Assembly: GCA_036351155.1 (NCBI GenBank)
Contig: JAZBOO010000104.1
Coordinates: 1-41,259 of the forward strand
Direction of reading: 5' to 3'
DNA from: Candidatus Krumholzibacteriia bacterium
GTDB taxonomy: Bacteria; Krumholzibacteriota; Krumholzibacteriia; LZORAL124-64-63
Length of the DNA: 41,259 nt
Below, in pieces: positions 25,663 through 35,715 of this stretch (positions are counted from its first letter, which is position 1; every line of letters starts with the position of its first letter). The translations under genes and the position numbers were made by a program. The notes beneath the pieces were generated by a model. That model did no database searches. It saw only the letters and a list, made by a program, of their open reading frames with translations, and was not told the origin of the DNA.

Positions 25663-27387
25663 ATGTCCTATCAAGCCATTGCCCGGAAATACCGCCCCGA
25701 AACCTTTGCCGAGGTGGTGGGCCAGTCCCACGTCACCGGCACCCTGCGCGCCGCCCTGCGCAAGGGGAAACTCAGCCACGCCTACCTCTTCTCGGGGCCA
25801 CGGGGCTGTGGCAAGACCACGGTGGCTCGGCTGCTGGCCAAGGCCATCAACTGCCTGGAAAACCGGGAAGGCGATCCCTGCGGGACCTGTGAAACCTGCG
25901 TGGCCATCGCCAAGGGCAACTACATGGACGTGCTCGAAATCGACGCGGCCAGCAACACCGGTGTGGACAATATCCGCGAGCTCAGGGAGATGGCCCAGTA
26001 TGCGCCCAGCGAGGGCAGCAGCCGGGTATTCATCATCGACGAGGTGCACATGCTGTCCAAGGGCGCCTTCAACGCCCTGCTGAAGATCCTGGAGGAGCCG
26101 CCGGCCCGCGTGTTCTTCTTCTTTGCCACCACCGAGCCCAACAAGATTCCCCGGACCATCCTGTCGCGCTGCCAGCGGTTCGATTTCCGCCTGCTGAGCC
26201 GGGACGAACTGGGGGGGCGGCTGAAGGAAATCGCCGGCAACGAGGGGATCACCCTGGAAGATACGGGGGTGAGCCTGCTGGTCAGCCTGGCCGAGGGCAG
26301 CATGCGCGACGGACTGAGTCTGATGGACCAGGTGATCGCCAGCTGCGACGGCACCATCAGCGAGCAGACGGTGGTCGATGCCTTCGGGCTGGTGCGGTCC
26401 GAGCTGTACCTGGAGCTGAACGAGGCGGTCATGGCCCAGGATGCCGCCCGGGCCCTGCGCCTGGTCGAGGATCTGAGCCGCACCGGGCAGAGCCTGGATG
26501 CCTTTGCCGGCGGCGTGGTGTCGAACTTCCGGAACCTCATGCTGCTGAAGGTCGACCCTGAACTGGCTCCCATGGTGGACCTTTCCCCCGATCAGGTGGA
26601 GAAACTGCAGGTTCAGGCCAACCACTTCAGCGAGCAGGATCTGCTGGCCTTGATCGATCGCTCGGGACGCCATTTCGAGCGCATCCACCGCAGCACCCAG
26701 CCGCGCATTCTGCTGGAGGCGGCCGTGGTGGAGTATTGCCGATTCGAGTCTCGCGTGCTCCTGTCCGAGCTGGCGCGGCGGCTGGAGGGCCTGGGTGCGA
26801 ATCTGGGATCCGGCGGTGGTGGAGGCGGCGGCCCGCGGCCGGCTCCTGTCGCGCCCACTTCTCGTCCCTCCGGTGGCGGCGGCGGCTATTCCGCCCAGTC
26901 CGCGACCCCTCCTGCCGCACCTCCAGCGCCTCCCCGGCCCGCGACCCCGGCGTCCCACCAGGCCTCGGGGAGCACCGTTCCCGGGTGGACCCAGATCATC
27001 GACACCCTGATGCGCAAGGCCCCGCGGGTGGGCTCCTGCTTGATGGACGGCTTGCCCGAACTGGACCTGGATGCGGGCCGCCTGACGGTGGCCTTCGCCG
27101 AGGAGAAGACCTTCCAGGTCACCAGCATCCGGTCCGAGTGCCAGACCATCGAAGATGTGGCCCAGCATCAGTACGGCCGCCCCGTGAAGGTGGAGCTGGT
27201 CCTGGGGTCCAGTGGCCAGAAGGATGTGGTGAAGGAGGAGATCCGCCAGGAGGTGGCGCCTACCCATCGCGAGGAGCTGGACAAGGCCTGCGCCGAGGAT
27301 CCGGCGCTGGGCAACCTGGTGGAAACCATGGGGGGACAGCCCCTTCCCGAAACCGAACGTGAAAAATGGGACAAGCCCGACCGGTAG
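25663..27387 (+). CDS. dnaX: DNA polymerase III subunit gamma/tau
   Basis: MSYQAIARKYRP, GPRGCGKTT, zinc module PCGTC..C, EIDAASNTGVD, IIDEVHML, TILSRCQ; Pro/Gly linker. Confidence 0.97.
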   Translation: MSYQAIARKYRPETFAEVVGQSHVTGTLRAALRKGKLSHAYLFSGPRGCGKTTVARLLAKAINCLENREGDPCGTCETCVAIAKGNYMDVLEIDAASNTGVDNIRELREMAQYAPSEGSSRVFIIDEVHMLSKGAFNALLKILEEPPARVFFFFATTEPNKIPRTILSRCQRFDFRLLSRDELGGRLKEIAGNEGITLEDTGVSLLVSLAEGSMRDGLSLMDQVIASCDGTISEQTVVDAFGLVRSELYLELNEAVMAQDAARALRLVEDLSRTGQSLDAFAGGVVSNFRNLMLLKVDPELAPMVDLSPDQVEKLQVQANHFSEQDLLALIDRSGRHFERIHRSTQPRILLEAAVVEYCRFESRVLLSELARRLEGLGANLGSGGGGGGGPRPAPVAPTSRPSGGGGGYSAQSATPPAAPPAPPRPATPASHQASGSTVPGWTQIIDTLMRKAPRVGSCLMDGLPELDLDAGRLTVAFAEEKTFQVTSIRSECQTIEDVAQHQYGRPVKVELVLGSSGQKDVVKEEIRQEVAPTHREELDKACAEDPALGNLVETMGGQPLPETEREKWDKPDR

Positions 27388-27428
27388 TCTGTCCCTGGTG
27401 AACAACAAGCAGAAAGGATCAACACGAC

Positions 27429-27737
27429 ATGGATATGCGTATGCTCATGAAGCAGGCCCAGCAGATGCAGGCCAAGATGGCCAAGGCCCAGGAAGAACTG
27501 GCCACCAAGGAAGTCACCGCCGAGGTGGGCGGCGGCCAGGTCAAGGTGGTCATGACAGGGAAGCATCAGCTCAAGAGCCTCGTCATCGCTCCGGAGTCCC
27601 TGGACCCCGATGATATCGAGTTCCTGCAGGACCTGATCATCGCGGCGGTCAACGAGGGAGCCACGAAGGTCGATGAGATGGTCGAGAAGGAAATGGGCGG
27701 GGTCACCGGTGGCATGAACCTGCCGGGACTGGGCTAA
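27429..27737 (+). CDS. ybaB: YbaB/EbfC nucleoid-associated protein
   Basis: MKQAQQMQ, GGGQVKV..TG, LQDLIIAAVNE; between dnaX and recR. Confidence 0.95.
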   Translation: MDMRMLMKQAQQMQAKMAKAQEELATKEVTAEVGGGQVKVVMTGKHQLKSLVIAPESLDPDDIEFLQDLIIAAVNEGATKVDEMVEKEMGGVTGGMNLPGLG

Positions 27738-27739
27738 CC

Positions 27740-28366
27740 TTGCGTCCTGATCAGGAAAAAAACGACGGCGGTGAATTTCAGTCGCCCGCGCTGGAACGTC
27801 TGGTCCGCAGCCTGAGCCGCTTGCCGGGACTGGGGCGCAAGTCGGCCACCCGGCTGGCCTTGCATCTGGTCGCGCAAGAAGCCCCGGCCGAGGAACTGGT
27901 GGCCTCGGTGAACCAGGCCCGGGACCAGGTGACCAATTGCTCATCCTGCGGGGCCATCACCGAGGCCGATCCTTGCCGGATCTGCACCAGCGAGCGCCGG
28001 GAGAAGGACAAGCTGTGCATCGTGGCCAGTCCGGTGGACGTTCTGCCCTTCGAAAAGGCCGGCTTCTATCGCGGGCGCTATTTCGTCCTGGGCGGCCTGC
28101 TGTCTCCCCTCGACGGAGTGGGGGCCGGCGATCTGCCCTTCGACAAGCTGGCCCGCAGAGTGGACGGCGAGGGGGTCACCGAGATCATCATCGCCCTGGA
28201 CGCCAGTGTGGAAGGGGAAACAACGTCCCTGTACATCCAGCGGATGCTCGAGGGCCGCTCCTTGACTCTGACCCGCCTGGCCACCGGCATTCCGGTGGGT
28301 GGGGCCCTGGCGTACATTGACGAGGTGACTCTTCAACGCGCCTTCCAGTTTCGCCGCCAGATCTGA
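27740..28366 (+). CDS. recR: Recombination mediator RecR
   Basis: LPGLGRKSA.RLA, C-x2-C...C-x2-C zinc finger, YFVLGG.LSPLDG, EGETT, TRLATGIPVG. Confidence 0.96.
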   Translation: MRPDQEKNDGGEFQSPALERLVRSLSRLPGLGRKSATRLALHLVAQEAPAEELVASVNQARDQVTNCSSCGAITEADPCRICTSERREKDKLCIVASPVDVLPFEKAGFYRGRYFVLGGLLSPLDGVGAGDLPFDKLARRVDGEGVTEIIIALDASVEGETTSLYIQRMLEGRSLTLTRLATGIPVGGALAYIDEVTLQRAFQFRRQI

Positions 28367-28385
28367 CCGTTTCCATCGTTTTATC

Positions 28386-28417
28386 AGCCCCCGGTGGTGT
28401 CCTTCGCCGGGGGTTTT
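28386..28417 (+). terminator. Terminator after recR
   Basis: AGCCCCCGGTG...CGCCGGGGGTTTT hairpin plus T tract. Confidence 0.65.
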
Positions 28418-28537
28418 GCTTATCCTGAAGATACCCTCACAAATTCGTTCAAGTGGGATCGTCCCATGACGATATGTGGAGGGAACGAGCAATCAGGAAT
28501 CTCACGCCTCGCCGGCCAGGCCGGCAGGGAGCTATTC

Positions 28538-29035
28538 ATGGTCAGAGCCGAATGGGCCATATTTGAAGAGGACTACTGGGCGATCAACAACGTCCTGGAG
28601 GACCTTCTGAAAAGCAGTCGCGCCGGGAACGTGGTGCTGATTGACCGCACCGGTCAGCTGATCAGCCAGTGCGGCCCGGATGTGGAATTTGATCTGACCA
28701 GTTTTGCCTCGCTGTGTGCCGCGGATTTCGAGGCCAACTACCAGCTGGCCAAGCTCATCGGGGAAAAGGATTTCAGCACCCTTTTCCACCAGGGGGCCAA
28801 GGACAGCATGTACCTGGGCAAGATCGCCAAGGGCGTGGTCATCGTGGTGCTGTTCGACAAGCGGACCACGCTGGGTCTGGTGCGGCTGAGGGTCAAGCGG
28901 GCCGTGGAAGAACTCAACGGGATCATCGAAGGTCTTTACGACAAGCTGGAATACCGCAACGAGGAATACGACGCGTTCGACGAGGGATTTACCGAGCAGG
29001 TTGAAGCGGAGATCGACAACCTGTTCGTCGACTGA
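28538..29035 (+). CDS. mglB: Roadblock/LC7 GTPase-activating protein MglB
   Basis: [42 protein letters not shown]-terminal EIDNLF helix; directly upstream of mglA. Confidence 0.93.
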   Translation: MVRAEWAIFEEDYWAINNVLEDLLKSSRAGNVVLIDRTGQLISQCGPDVEFDLTSFASLCAADFEANYQLAKLIGEKDFSTLFHQGAKDSMYLGKIAKGVVIVVLFDKRTTLGLVRLRVKRAVEELNGIIEGLYDKLEYRNEEYDAFDEGFTEQVEAEIDNLFVD

Positions 29036-29076
29036 TCCGTGGACGGATCAACGCCTATCAGGCAAAGGAGCAAGCC

Positions 29077-29667
29077 GTGTCGCTGATCAACTACTCGTCT
29101 CGAGAGATCAACTGCAAGATCGTGTACTACGGTCCGGGTCTCGGAGGCAAAACCACGAACATCCAGTATGTCTACGAGAAGCTGGCGCCCGAGACCAAGG
29201 GCAAGCTGGTGACTCTGGCCACCGAGATGGATCGTACCCTTTTCTTCGACTTTCTGCCCCTGGAACTGGGCGAGGTCAAGGGGTTCAAGACGCGCTTCCA
29301 CCTCTACACGGTGCCCGGCCAGGTGTATTACAACGCCAGCCGCAAGCTCATCCTCCGGGGCGTCGACGGCATCGTGTTCGTGGCCGACAGCAGCGAATCG
29401 CGCTTCGATGCGAACATCGAGGCCCTGTACAACCTGCACGACAACCTGAAGGAATACGATCTCGACCTGAAGGAGATCCCCTTCGTGATGCAGTGGAACA
29501 AGAGGGACATGCCCGACGCCATTCCGGTGGAAGAGCTCAACGACGAGCTGAACCCCGAAGGCTACGACTTCTTCCCGGCCGTGGCCGTCAACGGTGACGG
29601 TGTGTTTGATACTCTCAAGTGCGTGGCTAAGCAGGTGCTCCGGCAGCTGCAGACGGTGGGTGCCTGA
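29077..29667 (+). CDS. mglA: Small Ras-like polarity GTPase MglA
   Basis: [39 protein letters not shown] start after AAGGAG. Confidence 0.96.
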   Translation: MSLINYSSREINCKIVYYGPGLGGKTTNIQYVYEKLAPETKGKLVTLATEMDRTLFFDFLPLELGEVKGFKTRFHLYTVPGQVYYNASRKLILRGVDGIVFVADSSESRFDANIEALYNLHDNLKEYDLDLKEIPFVMQWNKRDMPDAIPVEELNDELNPEGYDFFPAVAVNGDGVFDTLKCVAKQVLRQLQTVGA

Positions 29668-29693
29668 CCCCCACAGCCCGCGCACTCTTCTCG

Positions 29694-29728
29694 AGCCCCC
29701 CGGAATTGCTCCTCCGGGGGGCTTTTTT
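29694..29728 (+). terminator. Terminator after mglA
   Basis: AGCCCCCCGGA...TCCGGGGGGC followed by T6. Confidence 0.85.
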
Positions 29729-29791
29729 CATCCCGCTGGGCGGTGAAGCACTATATTATGGGCCGACCTTGAACCCGAGGAAAGGAAGCCC

Positions 29792-30271
29792 ATGCCCCGT
29801 CCCTTGCTTTACGCCGTCGGCACATTTTTCTGGACCGGTTTTTTCCCCATCGCCCCGGCCACCGTGGCCAGCGCCGGCGTGCTGGCCCTCTGGTGGGCGG
29901 CCTGGACCTTCCTGGGTCCCATCCCCCTGTGGTTGCAGGGCACCTTGCTGGTGGCGGTGACCGCCATCGGAATCCCGGTGGCCGACCGCCTGGAGAAGAT
30001 CCACGGGGAAGACCCCTCCCTGGTGGTCATCGATGAGGTGGCCGGTATGCTGGTCACTTTCCTGGGTCTGAACGCGGGGCTGTATGGCTGGATTGCCGGC
30101 TTCTTCTGGTTCCGGTTCTTCGACATCGCCAAGCCCCTGGGCGTGCGCAAGCTGGAGAAGCTGGGCGGAGGTGGGGGACTGGGCATCATGGCCGATGATC
30201 TGGGCGCCGGCCTGCTGGCGGCCATCGCCACCCAGGCCACGGCTTACTTCCTGGGGTGGAACCTTTGGTAA
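29792..30271 (+). CDS. pgpA: Phosphatidylglycerophosphatase A
   Basis: AP.T.AS, DPS.VVIDEVAG, FRFFDIAKP, GIMADD..AG. Confidence 0.93.
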   Translation: MPRPLLYAVGTFFWTGFFPIAPATVASAGVLALWWAAWTFLGPIPLWLQGTLLVAVTAIGIPVADRLEKIHGEDPSLVVIDEVAGMLVTFLGLNAGLYGWIAGFFWFRFFDIAKPLGVRKLEKLGGGGGLGIMADDLGAGLLAAIATQATAYFLGWNLW

Positions 30272-31575
30272 GCGAGGCCAAAAAGCACTGCACGGTGCGG
30301 ATCATCGCGGTGGGTGATGAGCTCCTGGAAGGGCGCACCAGCGACACCAACAGCGGACGCATTCAGAGGGCCCTGGGGCGGCATGCCGTCCAGACCGCGG
30401 GAATCCAGGTGGTGCCCGACAACGGGGCCGCCATCGGTCTGGCCCTGGACCGCACCGATCCCGGCGACCTGGTCTTTCTGACCGGCGGCCTGGGATCGAC
30501 TCCTGACGATCTGACCCGCGATGTCCTGGCCGAATGGGCCGGGGTGCCCCTGGACGACGACGCAGAGCTGCAAAAGAAGCTGGAAGAACGCTGGCTCAAG
30601 CGGGGCATCAAGGCTCGCCCCGGCGTCAACCGGCAGAGTCAGGTTCCGCGGGGGTTGACGCCACTGGAGAATCCGGTGGGTTCGGCACCGGGACTGGTGG
30701 GCACCTTGCGGGACCGGGTGCTGGTTCTGCTGCCGGGTGTTCCCCAGGAGTTGACCGGCCTTTTGCCCCTGGCCGTGGACTGGCTGGAGGGGCAGGGTAT
30801 TCTCCCGACCGCCCGGCCGGTTCTGGTCTGGCGCACGGCCCAGATCGCCGAGCTCACTCTGGTCAAGTTGATGCAGCCCATCCGTGAGGTCTTCCCCCAT
30901 TTGACCTGGTCCTGGTGGCTGACCGACTGGGGCGTGGACGTGCGGGTGGCCGGCGCCGCCGGGCAGGGGATGACCGATGGGGATCTGCCTGAAGTGGGAC
31001 GCCAGGTCGATGAGCTGCTGGGGCACCTGGTCTATACCCGGGGATCGGAAACTTTGCCCGAAGTGGTCCAGTCTCTCATGCTGGATCGGGGGCTCACTCT
31101 GGGCGTGGCGGAATCGTGCACCGCGGGAATGCTGGGCGCGCGATTCACCGATGCTGCGGGCTCCTCGGGTTTTTTCCGGGGGGGCTTTCTGGTGTACGCC
31201 GATGAGGTGAAGCATCAGTTGCTGGATGTTTCCCGGCAGGATCTGGAAACCCACGGTGCCGTCAGCGAGCAGGTGGTCCGGGCCATGGCCACCGGATGCC
31301 GTGACCGGCTGGGGACCGACTATGCTCTGGCGGTCAGCGGGATCTCCGGTCCCGGAGGCGGGAGCGAGGGAAAACCCGTGGGGACCACCTGGGTGGCGGT
31401 GGCCGGGCCGGGTCGGGTGTACGCAGGCCGGTATCGATTCCCTGCGGACCGTGCCCGCAATCGCTTGCTGACGGTGTCTGCGGCCACGGACACCCTGCGC
31501 CGGGTGCTGCAGTTCGGCCTGGGGCAGATCCCCTGGCATTCCACCGACACCTGGGGTCGGCCAGGGGATTCCTGA
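30256..31575 (+). CDS. cinA: CinA-like protein (MoCF-binding domain plus PncC NMN deamidase)
   Basis: AVGDELLEG...DTN, TGGLG.TPDDLTR, NPVGSAPG, LPGVPQE, AESCTAG, HGAVS, SGISGPGGG...KPVG; exact start uncertain. Confidence 0.92.
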   Translation: MEPLVSEAKKHCTVRIIAVGDELLEGRTSDTNSGRIQRALGRHAVQTAGIQVVPDNGAAIGLALDRTDPGDLVFLTGGLGSTPDDLTRDVLAEWAGVPLDDDAELQKKLEERWLKRGIKARPGVNRQSQVPRGLTPLENPVGSAPGLVGTLRDRVLVLLPGVPQELTGLLPLAVDWLEGQGILPTARPVLVWRTAQIAELTLVKLMQPIREVFPHLTWSWWLTDWGVDVRVAGAAGQGMTDGDLPEVGRQVDELLGHLVYTRGSETLPEVVQSLMLDRGLTLGVAESCTAGMLGARFTDAAGSSGFFRGGFLVYADEVKHQLLDVSRQDLETHGAVSEQVVRAMATGCRDRLGTDYALAVSGISGPGGGSEGKPVGTTWVAVAGPGRVYAGRYRFPADRARNRLLTVSAATDTLRRVLQFGLGQIPWHSTDTWGRPGDS

Positions 31576-32198
31576 TGCCGCCCGACAACCAGATCCGGGC
31601 TTTCCTGGCTGTCCATCCAGCGGACGAATGGCATCGGGAACTGTCCCTGCGCGTTGACCCGTTGGTTCTGGCGCTGAAGGGGTGTTCCGCTCTTCGCTGG
31701 GCTCCATCGCACCACTGGCATCTGACCCTGCAATTTCTGGGGAACTGGCCGGAAGTCCGGCTGAAGAAGCTCAGGGAGGCGCTGGGAGCTCGAAATTCGA
31801 CTCCGGCATTCACCCTGCAGCCTCGAGGGATGGGGGCCTTTCCCGACCTGAAGCGCCCTCGGGTCCTTTTCCTGCAACTGGACGAGGGTCAGACAATCGT
31901 CAATCTGGCGGGATGGGTACGCGAGGTGGTGCAGGAAATCTGGCCCGGCGGTCCCCAGGACATCGGGACGTTCCGGCCTCACCTGACTCTGGCACGGGTC
32001 AAGGGAGAGCTGAGTGCAGGGGAGCGGGACCGGCTGGGCGCCCTGGACCTGACCGGATTGCCCTCCCTGCCAGTCTCGGAGTTTTGCCTGGTGGGCAGCC
32101 GGCTGAGTGCGTCGGGTGCCCGGCACACGGTGCTGGAAAGCTGGCCGCTGGCGACCGGCCCCTCCGCCGAGCAGGGGCCTGATAGGCCCTGCAAATGA
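31575..32198 (+). CDS. thpR: RNA 2',3'-cyclic phosphodiesterase (2H family, LigT/ThpR)
   Basis: RAFLAV, two HxT motifs (HLTLQFLG, PHLTLAR), GAFP...PRVL. Confidence 0.92.
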   Translation: MPPDNQIRAFLAVHPADEWHRELSLRVDPLVLALKGCSALRWAPSHHWHLTLQFLGNWPEVRLKKLREALGARNSTPAFTLQPRGMGAFPDLKRPRVLFLQLDEGQTIVNLAGWVREVVQEIWPGGPQDIGTFRPHLTLARVKGELSAGERDRLGALDLTGLPSLPVSEFCLVGSRLSASGARHTVLESWPLATGPSAEQGPDRPCK

Positions 32199-32235
32199 CG
32201 ATTTGACGGCTTGCGAAAATAAGGCGAAAATTGTC

Positions 32236-32265
32236 TTGCCAGCCCCTTGACGGCCATGCTATCTT
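32236..32265 (+). promoter_or_regulatory. Putative recA promoter with extended -10
   Basis: TTGCCA (32236-32241), 18 nt, TG-n-TATCTT (32257-32265). Confidence 0.5.
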
Positions 32266-32392
32266 GGCCTGAACAAGTTACCGGGCGTCAAGCCCATCAT
32301 GGCGGAAGCGGGCCCGTCAGCAAGACACAACACCCAACTGGTCTGCGGGACCCTCTGGTTCCCGGGACGGATCCACAAGAAAGAGGACAGGA

Positions 32393-33529
32393 ATGGCGAA
32401 CAGCAAAAAGGACGCAAATGCCAAGATGGACGACCGGGCCAAGGCGCTGGAGTTGACGCGCAGCCAGATCGAAAAGCAGTTTGGCAAGGGCTCCATCATG
32501 GTGCTCGGCGAGAACAAGATCTACGACGAAATCGAGGCCATCAGCACCGGGAGTCTGAACCTGGATATCGCGTTGGGCCTGGGTGGTCTGCCCAAGGGAC
32601 GTGTGGTCGAGATCTACGGCCCGGAAGGGAGCGGAAAGACCACCGTTTGCCTGTCGGTCATCGCCAACTGTCAGAAAAACGGGGGCACGGCGGCCTTCAT
32701 CGATGCTGAGCACGCCATGGATCCCCTCTATGCCCGCAAGATCGGAGTGGACATCGACAACCTTCTGGTGAGCCAGCCGGATACCGGAGAACAGGCCCTG
32801 GAAATCACCGAGATGCTGGTCCGTTCAGGCGCTGTGGACATCATCGTGGTCGACTCGGTGGCCGCGCTGGTGCCGCGCGCCGAGATCGAGGGCGAGATGG
32901 GTGATAGCCATGTTGGACTTCAAGCCCGTCTCATGAGCCAGGCCTTGCGCAAGCTGACCGGCACCATCTCCAAGACCAACACCCTGGTCATGTTCACCAA
33001 CCAGATCCGCATGAAGATTGGTGTCATGTTCGGCAACCCCGAGACCACCAGCGGCGGCAATGCCCTGAAGTTCTACAGCTCGGTGCGGATGGACATCCGC
33101 CGGATCGGCGCCATCACCCAGGGTGAAGAGGTGGTCGGCAACCAGGTGCGCGTGAAGGTGGTCAAGAACAAGGTGGCTGCTCCCTTCAAGAAGGCCGAGT
33201 TCGATATTCTCTACGGAGAGGGCATCAGCAAGGAAGGCGATCTGATCGATCTGGGCGTGACCGCCGGGATCGTTCAGAAGTCCGGCGCCTGGTACAGCTA
33301 CGGGGACGAGCGCCTGGGTCAAGGCCGTGAAAATGTCCGGGTATTCCTGAAGGAGAACACCGACCTTTACGACACCCTCAAGGGTCTGGTGTTTGCCCAC
33401 TACGGCATCGGTCCCAAGGCCAAGGCCACCGAGGAAGAGAAGAAGGAGGACGCCACTCCGGCCAAGGCGGCCGCTGCCCAGGCCGGTGGGGCCAAGCCGG
33501 CGGCGGCGCGTCCGGGCGAGACGACCTGA
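32393..33529 (+). CDS. recA: Recombinase RecA
   Basis: [61 protein letters not shown]. Confidence 0.99.
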   Translation: MANSKKDANAKMDDRAKALELTRSQIEKQFGKGSIMVLGENKIYDEIEAISTGSLNLDIALGLGGLPKGRVVEIYGPEGSGKTTVCLSVIANCQKNGGTAAFIDAEHAMDPLYARKIGVDIDNLLVSQPDTGEQALEITEMLVRSGAVDIIVVDSVAALVPRAEIEGEMGDSHVGLQARLMSQALRKLTGTISKTNTLVMFTNQIRMKIGVMFGNPETTSGGNALKFYSSVRMDIRRIGAITQGEEVVGNQVRVKVVKNKVAAPFKKAEFDILYGEGISKEGDLIDLGVTAGIVQKSGAWYSYGDERLGQGRENVRVFLKENTDLYDTLKGLVFAHYGIGPKAKATEEEKKEDATPAKAAAAQAGGAKPAAARPGETT

Positions 33530-33548
33530 TATTTGAAAGCGAGGGCTC

Positions 33549-34208
33549 ATGAGCCCAGACCTCCGCGTCCTGGCCGATGTGCGCCGGGAACAGGGAACGG
33601 TTTTCCTGACCCTGGACAGCGGTGAAGTCTTCGAGCTGGCACCGGCCTCGGTGCCCGCGGAATTGCCCGGCATAGGGGAGAGCATCAGCTCTCCCCTTCT
33701 GGCTGTGATCAGGTTGGCCGCCGAGCGGAAGCTGGCGGCTCGTGCTCTTTTCTCCCTCCTGGATCGTCGGCTGTATCCGGTGGCCCGATTGCGGGAAAAA
33801 ATGGTGGCGAAGGGATATTCGGAAGAGGCGGTCGAGGGGGTGATCGATCAGATGCAGCAGCAGGGCCTGTTCTCCGATCGACATTTTGCCGAGGCTTACT
33901 GCCGGGACTGCCTGCGCGGCAAGGCGGTGGGCCGTCGCTATCTTCAACAGAAATTGAGAGAAAAGAAGGTCGCACCTGAAGTGGCTCAATCGGTTCCCGC
34001 CGAGATCCTGGATCAGGAGACCGAAAGGGAGCTGGCTGTCCAGGCCGCCCAGGCCCGCTGGAAAAGGGAGAGACGTTCTCCGCGAGGACAGGATCTGAGG
34101 AAAGCCGAAGCCCGGGTCACGCGCTATCTTCTGGGACGAGGCTTTCCCACCGGAGTGGCCATGAACGCGGCCCGCGGTGAAAAACCGGAACCGGACGAGG
34201 AGTATTGA
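33549..34208 (+). CDS. recX: Regulatory protein RecX
   Basis: Immediately after recA; LREKM..KGY, D..FAE.Y, G...L.QKL..K, RYLLGRGF. Confidence 0.85.
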   Translation: MSPDLRVLADVRREQGTVFLTLDSGEVFELAPASVPAELPGIGESISSPLLAVIRLAAERKLAARALFSLLDRRLYPVARLREKMVAKGYSEEAVEGVIDQMQQQGLFSDRHFAEAYCRDCLRGKAVGRRYLQQKLREKKVAPEVAQSVPAEILDQETERELAVQAAQARWKRERRSPRGQDLRKAEARVTRYLLGRGFPTGVAMNAARGEKPEPDEEY

Positions 34209-35074
34209 TGCGCATCCTGGTGACCGGAGCTGAAGGCATGCTGGGGCACACCGTGGTACAGCAGCTGCAGCCCTTGCACGACATGTCGGGGATTGACCTG
34301 GCCCATGGCGATTTGACGGTGCCGGGAACAGCCGAGGCTCTGCTGGAAGAGTATCGACCCGAGTGGGTGATCCACTGTGCAGCCTGGACCGATGTGGATG
34401 GGGCCGAGACGTCACGCGAACTGGCCCTGGCGGTCAATGGCACGGCCACGGGTTTGATGGCCCGGGCCTGCGATCAGGTCGGATGTGGGCTGACCTACCT
34501 TTCCACCGATTACGTCTTCAATGGACAAGGCGGCCCCGAGGGGTACGGCGAAGACGACGCTCGGGACCCCGTGAACTATTACGGTCTGACCAAGGCGGCG
34601 GGGGAAGAGGCTGTGGAGGCCATGACGGCACCCTGGCAGATCGTCCGAATCAGCTGGTTGTTCGGGGATGGTCCGGTGAATTTTCCCCGCACCATGCGAC
34701 GACTTCTTGCAGAACGAAAAACTCTGCGTGTGGTCAACGACCAGACGGGGTGCCCGACCTACACCGTCGACCTGGCCCAGGTTCTGGCTTTCCTTGTGTC
34801 CGGCCGGCACCGTGGTATCTTCCATGCAACCAATGGTGGGGTTTGCACCTGGTGGGATCTCGCACGGGAGGTGGCCCGTCTGGAGGCCACCGACCCCGGG
34901 CGTGTGCATCCCTGTGCCAGCAGCGAGTACCCCACCGCCGCGGTGCGGCCCCGCTGCTCGGTGTTGCACAGCACTCGGCTCGAGGCCCTCGGCTGTCCCG
35001 ATCGCCCCCACTGGACCGATGCCCTGGCACGCTATCTGGCCTCCCTGTCTGCGGGGCAGGGCCGCTTCGCCTGA
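34208..35074 (+). CDS. rmlD: dTDP-4-dehydrorhamnose reductase
   Basis: LVTGAEGMLG, HCAAWTDVD.AE, STDYVF, YGLTK..GE, V.DQ.G.PT. Confidence 0.93.
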   Translation: MRILVTGAEGMLGHTVVQQLQPLHDMSGIDLAHGDLTVPGTAEALLEEYRPEWVIHCAAWTDVDGAETSRELALAVNGTATGLMARACDQVGCGLTYLSTDYVFNGQGGPEGYGEDDARDPVNYYGLTKAAGEEAVEAMTAPWQIVRISWLFGDGPVNFPRTMRRLLAERKTLRVVNDQTGCPTYTVDLAQVLAFLVSGRHRGIFHATNGGVCTWWDLAREVARLEATDPGRVHPCASSEYPTAAVRPRCSVLHSTRLEALGCPDRPHWTDALARYLASLSAGQGRFA

Positions 35075-35100
35075 CCGGCGACCGAAAGGAATTATTCACC

Positions 35101-35715
35101 ATGTCCACACATGCCGACCATGGAGGACCGTCCTTCACCGCGGATCTGTACCGGCAGACCATCGCCGACCTGCAGGCTGCTCTGGCCCGGCTGGACACGT
35201 CCCAGCTCGAGGCCGTGGAAAAGCTGGCCCTCGCCATCAAGCAGGCCTGGGGGCAGGGCGGACAGTTCCTGATCTGTGGCAACGGAGGCAGTGCTGCCGA
35301 TAGCCAGCACATCGCGGCCGAGCTGGTGGGCAGATTCCTGGCCGAGCGGCCCGGCTACCGCGCCGAGGCGCTGACCGTCAACACCTCCACGCTGACCGCG
35401 GTGGGGAACGACTACGGGTTCGATCACATTTTCAGCCGCCAGGTCCAGGCCAAGGGGCGGCCGGGTGATGTGTTGCTGGTGATTTCCACCTCGGGCAACT
35501 CGAAGAACTGCATTCTGGCCGTGGAAGAGGCGCGACGGCAGGACATGGCTGTGTTCGGTTTCCTGGGGGGTGATGGAGGTCAGCTCTTGCCTCTCCTGGA
35601 CGGGGCCATGGTGGCTCCCAGTGCGGCCACGCCGCGGATCCAGGAAATCCACATCACCATGGGACACCTCCTGTGCCAGGTCCTGGAAGAGGCCATGGGC
35701 TGCAACAATGACTGA
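35101..35715 (+). CDS. gmhA: Phosphoheptose (sedoheptulose-7-P) isomerase, SIS domain
   Basis: CGNGGSAADSQHIAAELVGRF, TAVGNDYGF, ISTSGNS, TPRIQEIH. Confidence 0.93.
   Translation: MSTHADHGGPSFTADLYRQTIADLQAALARLDTSQLEAVEKLALAIKQAWGQGGQFLICGNGGSAADSQHIAAELVGRFLAERPGYRAEALTVNTSTLTAVGNDYGFDHIFSRQVQAKGRPGDVLLVISTSGNSKNCILAVEEARRQDMAVFGFLGGDGGQLLPLLDGAMVAPSAATPRIQEIHITMGHLLCQVLEEAMGCNND

Noticed and set aside
25663..27387. Programmed frameshift producing a gamma subunit in dnaX
   Set aside because: I saw no A-AAA-AAG heptamer or long A-run in the linker region
25633..27408. 591-aa minus-strand ORF (similarly 4446-6242, 8679-10172, 14840-16186, 16824-18092, 21926-23458, 30244-31707)
   Set aside because: Antisense to well-supported genes; low-complexity translations without domain signatures
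28454..28473. Palindromes ATCGTC-N4-GACGAT and TGGGA-tcg-TCCCA upstream of mglB
   Set aside because: Short, single occurrence, and no known motif match; cannot be supported from this window alone
32618..32644. RecA Walker A reads GPEGSGKT rather than GPESSGKT
   Set aside because: The change is at a variable P-loop position and the GKT is intact; not evidence of altered function
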